Shown here: positions 50,805 through 64,000 of the stretch, piece after piece
How the letters are laid out: each line of letters starts with the position of its first letter
Numbering within the stretch: position 1 is the stretch's first letter
NCBI GenBank assembly: GCA_964016885.1
Contig: OZ024742.1
Location: 89,590,001-89,654,000, forward strand
Length of the DNA stretch: 64,000 bases
DNA from: Eledone cirrhosa
Lineage: Eukaryota
Direction: 5' to 3'
Program-made: the position numbers and the translations under genes
Notes under the pieces: generated by a model
What the model was told of the DNA's origin: nothing
What the model saw: the letters and a program-made list of their open reading frames with translations, nothing else
The model's database searches: none

Positions 50805-52430
50805 AGTAAATGAGACTGGATGTCAAAACATTTTGGATTGCATGTAAAGGTGATAAAAAGATCAGGACGGCCACAAGGGCGGACATAGGTCAGAGCACCC
50901 TGCATTTTTTCATGCATGTAACGGGGGCCTCCAGTGTATGATGATGGGAGAATGACAGAAAGCCCAACATCCGAAGCATTAGCCTGATCATTTCGGTTTA
51001 CTTCGTCACGTAGATTGCCGTATTCTTCTGAACGCAGTTCCTTTTGATGATGTCTTATCCATTGGAGGCGTTCAGTGTCAATCTTAGCAAATATGTCTAC
51101 ACAGTATTGATTGAGGAGCATCCGTGTTCTATGCAGAATGTTGACGTCGTTTTTGCGAAACATAAGTCTAAATGCACAAAATTCCATTTGTGAAATGGTT
51201 TTCCCTGGTGTAAGATGCATTAAACTTACAGGATTACACTTTTGCAAATCAATGCGGTAGCCATCGTCGCCAAAGCGTAACAGCAATGGATACTGGAGAG
51301 CATCATATGCGGGATGAAGTTCATTTATTTTTTGAAGATGCGAGTCCTGCCATTCAATAACAATATCACGGTTTGAAGCGCTCTCATTAGGACGTGTTAT
51401 AATCACCGCAACTTCATCGGTTTGGGGTCTATTAAAGCAACCCTGATGCTGCCCCTGGTGGAGCGCGGTCATTTCGAATGACAACCTTGTATTGATTGTT
51501 GTTAGCATCTCTACGTTGTAAAGCAGTTTTGAAAATGGTGATGTACGGGTTTATGGAATGAAGCATATATTGAAGGGGCTGCAGAAGAGAAGGTGTCGTT
51601 CCTTTAGCAACTGAAACCCTTCGTGCAATTTCTTCAGGTCCGTTGCCCATAAAGTAGATCTGGAGAAAACTGTGTTCTTTGCCATCTTGTGGAATAAGTG
51701 ATCCTATTTGATGGTAAATTTGGCCTTGCACTTTAAATGTGGGCATATAATTCCCATCTTTTATTGGTGTATGACCAAAGCTTGTCATTTGGAAAGCCGA
51801 ATTGTAGGCTCTTATATTTCTGAAAAAGTGTTTAGAATCAGGGTGGTCTCCAAGCAGCAGAGAATTCAAAGGTTCGGCACCGACTTGTAAATAAGGCAAT
51901 CTAACCGTTCCATTGGAGCAACATATACCGGTAGATTCCGCTGGCCATCTCATTGCATTACAATGGACGCAAACAGTTGACATACTACCAATGATGATAT
52001 GTGGATGGGATGCGTAGTCCTCTTGGGGGTTGTATTGAAAACCTTTCTTAGACCAGTAACAGGAAGAATCCCTCGGAAAGACATAAGTACGCATTTTCCG
52101 TTGAGAATCAGCCGCAAGCCTTGTGTCCTTTGCTCAACAGTCTCTAAAACACGGCTATTGGAATTAGAAGCAGCATTGCGAGCACGCCGGAGTTCTGCTT
52201 GTTCAGCTTTCTGTAATGCTCTGATGTTCAAAGTAGAGGCAGCATTGTGAGCACGCTGGAGTTCTGCTTGTTCAGTTGTTTGTAATGCTCTGGCGATCGA
52301 GGTAGAAGCAGCATTGCGAGCACGCCGTAGCACACATTGTTGTTCTGTTTCGCTTGCGCGCAAAGAACGCAAAGCAAAAGCATTTTTTGTTTTTTTCCAA
52401 TGTTACTCTTTCTTTTTCGAGGCATTCTAC
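50805..52430 (-). pseudogene. Helitron Rep N-terminal part, third and less damaged copy
   Basis: ORFs 51432-52094 and 50699-51508 restore QGQIYHQIGSL, YDALQYPLL and YTGGPRYM; same truncation after motif I. Confidence 0.92.
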
Positions 52431-53491
52431 CGAAAATATGTAATTGAATAAAGCTGATACAAACCAATTAAAAGAAATAAATAGTTGTGTACAATGTGTA
52501 AATTTTTGTAATAATAAGCAAGACGAAAAAGTATATTTTATCATCTGCTTTTTCTACACGGGAATTATATATTAGATTTTCATACTTACAAAATAATTTT
52601 GCTAATATCGTGTTTAGCAGTGTCGGTTGAGCAATGTGTAAATATTTGATTAAAAACCAAAAGACAAACAGTAAATATATTTCAACCTCTGAATAAGTAT
52701 TAAAGAAATGACGATTTTCACTTTGAAAATATGATTTATGACATCAAAACTGCTTTAGAGTTTAATTTTTTGAATAAAAAGTATCGTCTGTTATTTCTTA
52801 CAATTAACACATTTATACACGCACATGCACACACGCACACACATACGCACGTACACACACACACAAACACATACACACACACACATACACACACATACAC
52901 ACAAACACACACACATACACACACACACATACACACACAATCCCAAGACGTGACGTTGTGGAAGGGGGAGAGTTAAGAAGTGTAATAAGTTAAAATTATA
53001 AACACTGTATTTATCGCTAAAGTATCGTCTGTTATTTCTTACAATTAACACATTTATACACATACACATACACACACATGCACACACGCACACACATACG
53101 CACGTACACACAAACACAAACACATACACACACATACACAGACAAACACACACACATACACACACACACATACACACACAATCCCAAGACGTGACGTTGT
53201 GGAAGGGGGAGAGTTAAGAAGTGTAATAAATAAGTTAAAATTATAAACGCTGTATTTATCATATTCGCGTAACCCACACTCCTCTCTTTCTTTATTTTTC
53301 TCTCTCTCTCTCACTCCTCTCTTTCTATCTCCCTCTCACACATCCTTCTCTCTGGCCGTTATGGAAATTACACACACACACATGCACGCACACATACACA
53401 CACAAACACATACACACACGCACATACACATACAATCCCATAACGTCGTGTTGTGGAAGGGGAGAGTTAAGAACTGTGTAAAAGATGGGTA

Positions 53492-53536
53492 AACGGTACT
53501 GATGATAGCTAACAAGCTTGAAACTAGTACATCGTT
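53492..53536 (+). ncRNA. Minimal hammerhead ribozyme motif in pLTR fragment 53483-53830
   Basis: aacggta-CTGATGA-t-agct-aaca-agct-t-GAAA-ctag-TA-catcgtt; stem I 6 bp including one G.U, palindromic stem III. Confidence 0.75.
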
Positions 53537-53831
53537 CCTGTGTCAGTGTTGAACAAAAAGGTGACGTGGTTGCCTTAACACCGTATGGCATAAATTCAGG
53601 CTGTTCAGTTTGTTGACAAACGAACAAATCAGCGCTATAATAAGCGTCTGCTAAACTGATGCGTGCATATAAGTATGTGTACCTGCATGTATGTATATAT
53701 ATATATATACATGCTACTGTACGTCTGTATACATATATGTATGTACGTATACATACATACCTACATTTAAGTAAGTGCCATACTAAGAGTGAGAAATTAA
53801 ATTTCGTTTTTCGTTTTCATTTTTTTCAACT

Positions 53832-54621
<790 letters not shown>

Positions 54622-54757
54622 GTTGGTATACAATCACTAATACCCTTTTATTCCTAATTAAACCATTTTTCAACTGTGAACAATTTGTCAGCATTTTCTA
54701 TTCCGTTTCCCAATATATAATAACTTGTGTGTTACACCTCTATTCTTTTAACTATAT

Positions 54758-54852
<95 letters not shown>

Positions 54853-55344
54853 CATATATACACATAGATACGTACATGCACGTATCTGTATATATAACTT
54901 ACCTGGACCGCAAACTTCGAAATTATTGAATATCTAATTGAGGTTTCTCTAAATCCGAAATCAACAAAATCCGCTTGTGGTGTATAGAAGTTAGTTGTCT
55001 GGAAGATCGAACAGAGGATTGACTTTCTCAACAGGCTTTCGTTCTTACCCAAATCCCAGTGTGATAGCACATGTTACTACAAAGGGAGGTAACCTCGGTT
55101 TATGGGGGTCAAAATAAAATTATGATCAATGGAAAAAATTCTATACACAAACTGAATTAAGCACTCAACCAGACCGTTATTAAACAAACTTAAATAATTA
55201 ACCAATCAATGGAATTGTCACATTAAATTAATCAATTAATCACTAGGTCTAGGAGATAGTATTACAAAAGTACATGTCTGTATATATAACATACCTGGAC
55301 CGATATTCGAAATTATTGAATATCTAAGTATATATATATATATA

Positions 55345-55978
55345 TAAATGGAAAAAATGAAACGAAATTTCATTTCCACATCTTAGTACGGCTGTTACTT
55401 AAATATCAGTATGTACACGTACATACATATATGTATAAAGACGTACAGTAGTATGTTATCTATATACATACATGCACATATATATATATATGTACTTATG
55501 GATTCACCGAACATTTATTATAATGCTCGGTGTGTTTGTAAACAAACATTCCGTATTAAGCCGTAGTGTCTAACAACCATCGTTGCTCGTTTGTTCAACA
55601 CTGACTAGTTTCAAACTTATTAGCTATCGTCAGAAACGTATACCTTCCTGCCAGATTGTTGAACATATATATTTACCTTATGCATATTAACGGCTGAGTA
55701 GCCCAATTTGCATATCGAGTGGTTTAATCGGCCGGGTGCACCGAAAACGATAAACGGAAAAAAATGAAACGAAATTTCATTTCCCACTTTTAGTACGGCT
55801 GTTACTTAAATATAAGTATGTACACGTACATACATATATGTATACAGACGTACAGTAGTATGTATATATATATACATACATGCACACATATATATATGTA
55901 CGTATGGATTCAGCGAACATTTATTATAATGCTCGGTGTGTTTGTAAACAAACATCCCGTATTAAACCGTAGTGTCTA
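55345..55978 (-). mobile_element. Two tandem pLTR copies (55345-55645 and 55755-55978), related to and inverted relative to 53483-53830
   Basis: aaatgaaacgaaatttcatt..cttaaata..acgtacagtagtatgt repeated; reverse-complement similarity to 53660-53827. Confidence 0.8.
55598..55640 (-). ncRNA. Minimal hammerhead ribozyme motif
   Basis: Minus strand CTGACGA-tagctaataagttt-GAAA-ctag-TC; paralog of 53492-53536. Confidence 0.65.
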
Positions 55979-56009
55979 GATCCCAAATTGATGTCAAATT
56001 GATGTCATC

Positions 56010-58900
56010 CTCGCGGCCCGTAAAACCATAGTTGCATGTGAAGATCAATTATGGACCCGCAAGGATTCACCTAACAACTTCGACATAACTATGGGAACTA
56101 GTGACTCGGCGCAGATCACATATTTGTTAGGCCTGAAATGAAAATCATAAGAATTTACCCTACTTCAATGGTGGTTTACATCGTGACGATGCACTACTAC
56201 TTAATGACTATAAAAAAATTAATATAGAAAGAACTAGGAAACAATTGCATAAAATGTTTAAAAATTTCAACTTAAGTGTTACCTTAGATAGAAACACTAA
56301 CAACGTTAACTTCCTTGATGCTACCCTTTGCTTGGACTCTAAAATGTATACACCCTTTCATAAACCAAACGAAAAACTACTTTATGCAGATACCAACTCT
56401 AACCACCCTAAATCTATATTAAACTCAATTACTAAAGGAGTATCTAATAAAATTGCCACACTATCTTATAATGAAACTATATTTAACAGAAATTCCCAAT
56501 AATATAATGAAAGTTTAGCTCGCCCAGGCCATAAAAATAAAATTAGATTTTTACCTAAAAAATCACCTAGTTACAACATTATTTCTCACAATATGGCCAT
56601 GAATAAAGGTAATAAATGTACTGACCACTCTAACTCTAGTATGAAGAGTAATAACAAAGTTAACTCTCGCTAGAATAAACACCCCAATAATAATAATATA
56701 AACAGAAATATAAACAATACTTCATATAACATTACAAAAAGTAATTACAAAAATAGAACTAATACATTTTTCAATATCCTTTCAATCTAAACGTTTCCAC
56801 CAACTTGCCTAAGTCTTTCTTCTCAATCTTGGAAAGAAACGTCTCAGTCGGCCATGAATACCATAATCTTATCAATAAAAATACCATCAAAATATCTTAC
56901 TCTACCACACCTAACATCGCGAATCATATAGCTAGTAGTAATAAAAGGAAGATTAATAATTATTTCCAACTAATTAAATCGCAACAGGGAGTGAACTTAC
57001 ATAACAACATAGTACCAGAGAATTATAGTAGCAGTAATAATAATAGTAATAGCACTAATGAATTTAATAACAATGGGAATTATAATCATCATTACCCAAA
57101 TGCTCTCCCTAACATCCATGCACCTACACACACTCTTAACCAGCTAGTAAACAACCAAAATAACTGTAATTGTAGAACAAATAGAAACTGCCCCTTGGGA
57201 AAAAAATTGCTTAATCAAAGAGATCATTTACTCATGCACAGTCGTTAAAAATAACACTTCGAAAACATATATCGGCTCTACTTCGATCTGCTTCAAGACG
57301 AGATATATGCGCATCTTCACACTTTCAAAGTTCGCAATCTAGCCAACTCCACTTCTCTATCTAACTACATACACTCTCCGAAAACTAGGAATAGACCATA
57401 TACACTTCAATGGGAAGTAATAGATAGGGCCAGCTCGTATAAACCACCGAAATGATTATGTAACCTCTGTCTTCTAGAGACTCGCACAATATTCTATTCT
57501 AATCTAAACCTTTTAAATAGAAAATCAGAAATGTTTTCCACGTGCCGACACTACCACCAACACTTTTTCCACAATTTCAAACCTAGCTGCTAATATATAA
57601 CAATGTCATATCTTGATTCCTCACCACCGTTAACATTTTACCTCTAGGTTTTATCAGCATATAATACCCCCATAGCATCACATTATCTCCTGTTTATCTC
57701 AGATCCTATTCTCAATAATAATTATAGAGAATAAACATAAATTTACCACCACTTAATATAACTACAATACCTTCCTTACCAATATTTCATTCATTTAATT
57801 AGTATATGGGTAGGTAGTGGTAAATTGAGACCTTTGACATATTATATAGAAAACAGATTGTATATAAAATTAAATATTAAAATATAAATATATTAAAATA
57901 AATAGCATTATATAAAAGGATTCACTTATAATATAATATAGTGTATATTAACACATAGAATCTAACTAATTGGAGTCATAAACAACTAACACCAGATTAT
58001 ACATTTTTCTCTTATACACAAATTAATCAGCAATTACCTCCCCTTTCCCATTAGCTTCCCTTAGTGTAGATCTCTAATCACTTCCTGAAATTAAACCGTT
58101 AGACAGATCCCTCCAGAACAACTCTAATCTTTGATAAGATTGTAGTGAGACCAATACACAATCCATAGTTGTAGCTACTGAGAAATATTTCCTGAAATAT
58201 AACCAATGTAATGGAAAGGAAAATCTTGGTATTAACACTGACAACACATATACATTTGAACATTACCGGAACAATTTTAACATTGCATCCACCATAAACT
58301 ATCATAGAAACTGCTTTTCATACCCAGGCATCTCTGTCTGCTTGACATGCGTTTACACCTGTATTGTATTATGTGATACCATTGCCATACTGTGATATAT
58401 ATGCTTAGTAACATTGCTCGTTTTTCACCTTGTTACTCTGTACATGCATAATACCTCTGCACTCTTTCAATATGTTTGCCTATGTCCCGCTAAAGTCCTA
58501 ATTTTGCGAGTAACTTTCTTCTTTAATTCTTCTATAATTATTGTATTATTCTTTTATAATCTTTGTCGCATCCAATGATACTAACCACATCACCTTCACT
58601 CTTTAAATATGACACCGTTAGTGACAACAGTAATATCTACGTGTGTGTACGATTGCTCTGTGGAATATGAGATTAATTACATGTGTAAACTTTGCTAATG
58701 CTCCGAGGATTCCAAACGAAAGTTTGGAAGAAAAGATTGTCAGCAACAAAATGTTTTCAACATAGTTTTGATTATTCTGTAATTTATATTCCTGCTCTGT
58801 AAGACATCTGATGTATTTACATTGAGCTATTTTTCATACTGGTATTAAGATGGCATAAAAAGAATACTGACCTTTCCTGTTTATAATTATATATAGTGTA
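56010..58900 (+). mobile_element. 5'-truncated PLE (Hydra-like): RT C-half, GIY-YIG, long 3' UTR/pLTR
   Basis: NFDITMGTSDSAQI, GGLHRDD, VNFLDATL, PFHKPN, SNHP, KISYSTTPN, CNCRTNRNCPL, TYIGST, CNLCLLE, CRH; disrupted. Confidence 0.88.
58699..58745 (+). ncRNA. Hammerhead motif with core variant CCGAGGA
   Basis: tgct-CCGAGGA-ttccaaac-gaaa-gtttggaa-GAAA-agattg-TC-agca; perfect 8-bp stem II with GNRA loop, 4-bp stem I. Confidence 0.65.
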
Positions 58901-59084
58901 TATATAAGTATAAATATTATTATTATTATTGTTGTTTTTATCTTGTTTCATTATAGTTTCTGAGATATATGCTGAGTGTCTTTCTGACGCCTAGGGTAAA
59001 CAAATACAGCAAATTGATTATAATTTTTTAAAAAATCAATATTCATATATACACATGTGCATATGCATATGTAAATGCAAGGAG

Positions 59085-59157
59085 GGTTATCAATCATACA
59101 GAGATAGTGCTCTTCTCAATACGTGTGCAGTACCAGTCAAAACAATTTTTTGCACCT
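59085..59157 (-). mobile_element. Short 3' stub of the R4-like family at 22389-23525
   Basis: Reverse complement of ~23245-23315. Confidence 0.75.
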
Positions 59158-61550
59158 TTTTTCAGTACGTCATCATCAGAGAAAATATATGATTTGATAC
59201 ATGACATACCGCTAAGATATTGATTGTTCAATTCCAGTATTGGCAGTGATTTATTTCATCAAATCTCAATGTTTATATACCACAAATAATATGATAAACT
59301 TAAATAAGAAAAGGACGTAGAGAAAATTAATAATAAATAAATACGTACATAAATAGATAAATGAATAAAAAATAAATGGATGAATGAATAAAAGAAATAT
59401 ATAAATGAATAAAAGAAATAGATAAATGAATAAAAAATAAATGGATGAATGAATAAAAGAAATATATAAAAAAGAAAAGAGGAATAACGACAAAAGATGG
59501 AAGATGTGGGGAAAGTAAAGGGAACAGAGGAGGGTAAAGAAAATAAAGAAAAATAAAGGAACATCAAAAAGAGCGGGATAGGGAAAGGAACCGTTGTTTT
59601 CAAATGATAGATCAAATAGGACATCCAATCAATTCACATAATCAATTGAATATATTTTGTATTTGATTATGCTTTAGCTAATTATACTTATATATTAAAC
59701 CAAAATTAATCAGTATAGATTACTTTCTATAGCAATCACATATATAGTTTAATTAAGAATTTATATAATTTAATTTAATTCATTATAGATTATTATTTTT
59801 AATTTTAAGGTAAGATATTCTATAAATATTTTGTTACAACTTTAAAAGAATTAATCTTTAAAGCGTATTTAAATAATTATTAAATATTGATTAAAATCTA
59901 ATATCATGCATATATCACCATCAATACATTTAATATATTTCGATCATCTATGACCCAAATTCTTTTATTCAATTATGATATTCTCTTTATAAAATCTTAC
60001 TATTCTTTAATTTTCATTTAATTCCTATGATTAAACTGCAGTTACATTTAATCTCAAAAGTTGTTACATTTATTAATGATAGGTTATATTTACTACTATA
60101 TTTACTTATTTTCATATATAGTTTCCTTTTAGTGATAGTCTATATATTATTAATCTACATATTTCATATCTAATATAATTAAGGAAGCTAGTCAAAAAGA
60201 AAAAAAAAATTTACGGACAAAGTAAACAAAAGGAAGATAACTCATTCACCATATGCAAACATTTATAACATATCTCTACTCTCACGTTCCGCGATATTTC
60301 GAAAACCGTAAATCATCTATTGTATATATCATAAATAATGTCTAGTTACATATTGAACTGACCTAATCAAAACATAGGATAACGAGACTCTTAATGAGAT
60401 TATTCTAAAGATATAAATATCAATAAATTATTACCACAATAAGGCAAAAACTTATATATATATATATACAATTATTAATAGTCAATATTTTTCCGAAACT
60501 TGTACATTGACTGGAAAGTTTTACCAATTTTATGGTAACAACTACTAAATAATTCATTTTTTTTTGTTGATTAAATTGTCATAATTTGTAATTATCTGTA
60601 GAGTCTCAATGTTACAAAGATTGCAATTTTGAGAAATAGTTGAGTTCCGATAGGGGGTAGCATTATTTAATTGTGTGCAAGAGATGGAGTATTTAATATT
60701 ATTGTCCTTTAAAGGCCATATTAATTGTGAAAGTGAAGTTGAAAATTTCTTATCTGGTTTACTGAGAGATTGTCTATGATTATACCAACGTTCCTTAAAT
60801 TTAGATGAAGTGGCACCAGTGTAGTTATATATATTATTATTTGTTTTAATGGTACATTTATATACTATATGTCTGTCAAGGCAATTATTTTCTAAAGGAC
60901 ATTCGGACTTCTTTCTACAATTACATTTCTTCTCAATATTATTTACATTATTATTTAAATGTGTTCTACTATTATTCATGTTTAAACTATTATTATTGTT
61001 ATTCCCATTACTAATGTATTGTTATTATTATTTTATTTATTGCTAATTAAACGTTGGTTCAAATTAAGATTTTTACTATTTATATTTGCTATATTTTGAG
61101 CAATACTCATAGTTGTTGAATAAGAGTGTATAACTGTGTGTCTATTGAAGATGGATTAATATTTATGTGCCCTAAGGAAGCATTATCCAAAGCTTTAAAA
61201 AATAAATGTGCTACAGGTGTTTTAATAGCTAAAGATGCTGGCGGAGCATTCAAATTATAGATCTAGTTCTTATATTTTCCCCGATTTATGCATCAAGTTG
61301 TTGTTTTTATATTTATTTTTATTATGATTACTATGCTTATAATTAATCTTATTTTCAGTATATTTTTCTATATATAATCAATACTATTGTTATATCCAGC
61401 TTTATGTAACGCTTCATTATAATATACAGCCTTACTATTAAATAGGGATCTATTAGCAGATAGCCTGGATATTCGTTGTTGTACACTGTTGACTATTGCA
61501 TTCTTAACACTTTTAGGATGATTAGAATAAAAACTAACATAATTTAAGTT
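59158..61550 (-). mobile_element. 5'-truncated PLE (Hydra-like) with GIY-YIG ORF 60554-60979
   Basis: SNHPKSVKNAIVNSVQQRISRLS; KCNCRKKSECPLENNCLDRHIVYKC..YTGAT..FKERWYNH..CNLCNIE; truncated hammerhead core CTGATGA-tgacgtact-GAAA at 59160-59179. Confidence 0.85.
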
Positions 61551-62280
61551 CAATAAAATAAATGAATAAATGCTAATAAATAAGTGCAAATAAACAAGTT
61601 ACATCTAGGATTATAGAAAATAATACAAAATATGAAAATAAAATAAATAAAAAATGTTTATATGTAAGAAAAGTAAATATAGTAAGATTATTAAGAGCAG
61701 TTGTGGTGTTGGTGGTTAAAATATAGAGATACAAAGGTATATACATGAAAATGTTAAATATATTTATGTGTTTATTGGTTATTTTAATAAATTAATTATA
61801 TAATTAATTATTTTATTAATGAATTGCAAGTTATATTAGAAGTGAAAATAATATAAGATAAAATGCAAGAGATGAAATAAATTTAGGGAGAGAAATAGAA
61901 AGATAGAAAGTGAAAGAGAGACATATATAATATAAAATATAAAAGGTTATGATGTTGGTTCATTGACAGATGATGACAATTATAATAATAATGATGATAA
62001 TTGGATTTATAACAGATCTAAGTGGTACAATTAGAGTTATGGAATAGATGGGATGAAATAAGCTCGTCTAAAGTTATCAAATTTGGTCGCCATTTTATGC
62101 CTACAGAAAATAGTTCTTTCAATTTTGCTGTTAAGTAGCATGTTGTTGTATTTTAACATTTGGAATAACTCCATATTACAAAGACCACACTGGGACATGC
62201 CAATTCTATAGTCTATTGCCGTTGATAACTTCATCCAGCTGATTCTTTATTCCTGGTTTGCTTCATTGATCTGCCAGATT
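61550..62280 (-). mobile_element. PLE 3' end (GIY-YIG C-terminus + 3' UTR)
   Basis: CGLCNMELFQML..LLNSKIERTIFCRH. Confidence 0.7.
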
Positions 62281-64000
62281 TTATTGGCAAAATTAGCTAA
62301 GTTAACAAGTATATATTATATAGAATAATACCACAAATTAAAGAAAAACTAATAATTAACCTCTCGGGTAACACTAACGAAGGTATAGATCGGTTTAGCA
62401 AACTAGACAATAAAGAATCTTCCGACTTCATACAATTTGAACAAAACTACAAAGTATACACTCAATAACATTAACAAGGAAGGACTTAATATAGAAAAAA
62501 AAACTTTGAATATCTGATAGAACCCTTGTAAACCCACTTGTAAACCCACTTTTAATTTGAAGGACCATAAATGCAACTTCGAAAATGACCCTACTATTAG
62601 ATTAATTTGTCCATCAAAATCTGATATAGGCAAAATTAGCAAGTATATACTAGATAAAATAATATGACAAATTAAAGAAAAAATCATAATTAAGCTCTGG
62701 GGTAACACTAACGAAACAATAGAGTGGTTTAGCAAATTAGACAATAAAGAATCTTCCGACTTCATACAATTTGAAGAAAACTACAAACTCTACACTCAAT
62801 AACATTAACAAAGAAGGACTTAATATAGTAAAAAAAACTTTAAATATCTGATAGAACCGAACGTCTAACCCCTCGTAAACCCACTTTTAATTTGAAGGAC
62901 CATAAATGCAACTTCGAAAATGACCCTACTATTAGATTAATATGTCCATCAAAATCTGATATAGGCAAAATTAGCAAGTATATACTAGATAGAATAATAT
63001 CACAAATTAAATAAAAAATCATAATTAAGCTCTGGGGTAACACTAACGAAACAATAGAGTGGTTTAGCAAATTAGACAATAAAGAATCTTCCGACTTCAT
63101 AAAATTTGAAGAAATCTACAAACTCTACACTCAATAACATAAACAAGGAAGGACTTAATATAGTAAAAAAAACTTTAAATATCTGATAGAACCGAACATC
63201 TAACCCCTCGTAAACCCACTTTTTATATGAAAGACCATAAATGCAACTTCGAAAATGACCCGACTATTAGATTAATATGTCCATCAAAATCTGATATAGG
63301 CAAAATTAGCAAGTATATACTAGATAGAATAATACCACAAGTTTAAAAAAAATCATAATTAAGCTCTGGGGCAACACTAACGAAACAATAGATTGGTTTA
63401 GCAAAGTAGACAATAAAGAATCTTCCGACTTCATACAATTTTACATCAATGTCTACTACTCTTCTATTTCCTCAGTAACCCTAAATAAGGCATTAACCTT
63501 TGCACACTAAAACTCTGACCTACCACTAGAGGAAATTAAAATAATACTAGCTTCTAGAAGAACAATCATTAGGTTCGATAAGAGTTACTGGGAAAGAAAA
63601 AATAGACAAAATAACTTTGATATCACTATGGGATCGAACGATTCAGCCCAAGTAACGGACATTGTCGGAATATATATAGCACATATTTTACATTGGAATT
63701 TGATAACCTACAGGGAGAAATTTATAGAGACGATACATTACTTTTAGCTAAAAACCTAAATAATCAAAACTTAGGAAGTTTACGGAAATGGATTAGAAAA
63801 TTATTCAATAAATTAGGCTTTAGCATCACTTTTGAACTCAACTCTTAAAAAGCTAACCTCTTAGATGTATCACTTAACCTAAACACTGGATTAATAGAAC
63901 CCTTCCATAAAAATAATGAAAATCTAGCTTACATTAATTATAACTTTAATCACCCTCGCCCCATAATTAACTCCATAGCACATAGTATATCCCTTAGAAT
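62280..64000 (+). pseudogene. PLE reverse transcriptase (Hydra-like), disrupted, runs off the window; includes a ~335-bp tandem amplification (62280-63440)
   Basis: [74 protein letters not shown]. The marker gacaataaagaatcttccgacttc recurs at 62406, 62740, 63075 and 63409. Confidence 0.88.

Larger units (their letters stand above)
40589..53482 (-). mobile_element. Head-to-tail Helitron array: 7 units (short ~0.9 kb x4, long ~3.2 kb x3)
   Basis: 3' ends CCGTCCA-A-TGGACGG-gggtcatttg-CTAG at 40589, 41502, 42395, 45581 (CTAA), 46468, 49654 (CTAA) and 50541. The six internal ends are fused directly to a TC(T)ATATATAATTCCCG 5' end. Confidence 0.93.

Overview
AT-rich eukaryotic genomic DNA, almost entirely nested transposable elements and microsatellites. 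The SINE family and repeat landscape suggest a cephalopod such as Octopus (inference, not database-checked). Contents: (i) at least six Penelope-like element (PLE) copies or fragments, one with an open 835-aa RT+GIY-YIG ORF, and pseudo-LTRs carrying minimal hammerhead ribozyme motifs; (ii) three tandem L1/Tx1-type LINEs sitting in (AAT)n microsatellites, one full length (~5.9 kb) with an apparent extra upstream ORF; (iii) several R4/Dong-like REL-endonuclease LINE fragments; (iv) tRNA-derived SINEs; (v) Helitron pieces, including a ~12.9-kb head-to-tail array with CTAG|TC junctions and truncated Rep ORFs. Best leads: a probable host exon at 30010-30157 encoding a signal peptide plus a Trp/Tyr/Pro/His-rich peptide (below the ORF-track cutoff); a 1.8-kb non-coding element with inverted hammerhead-bearing termini enclosing two diverged modules whose pairing order fits an HDV-like ribozyme; and an (ATT)n-targeting Tx1/SINE pair. 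All alignments and folds were done by eye, and element boundaries are approximate.
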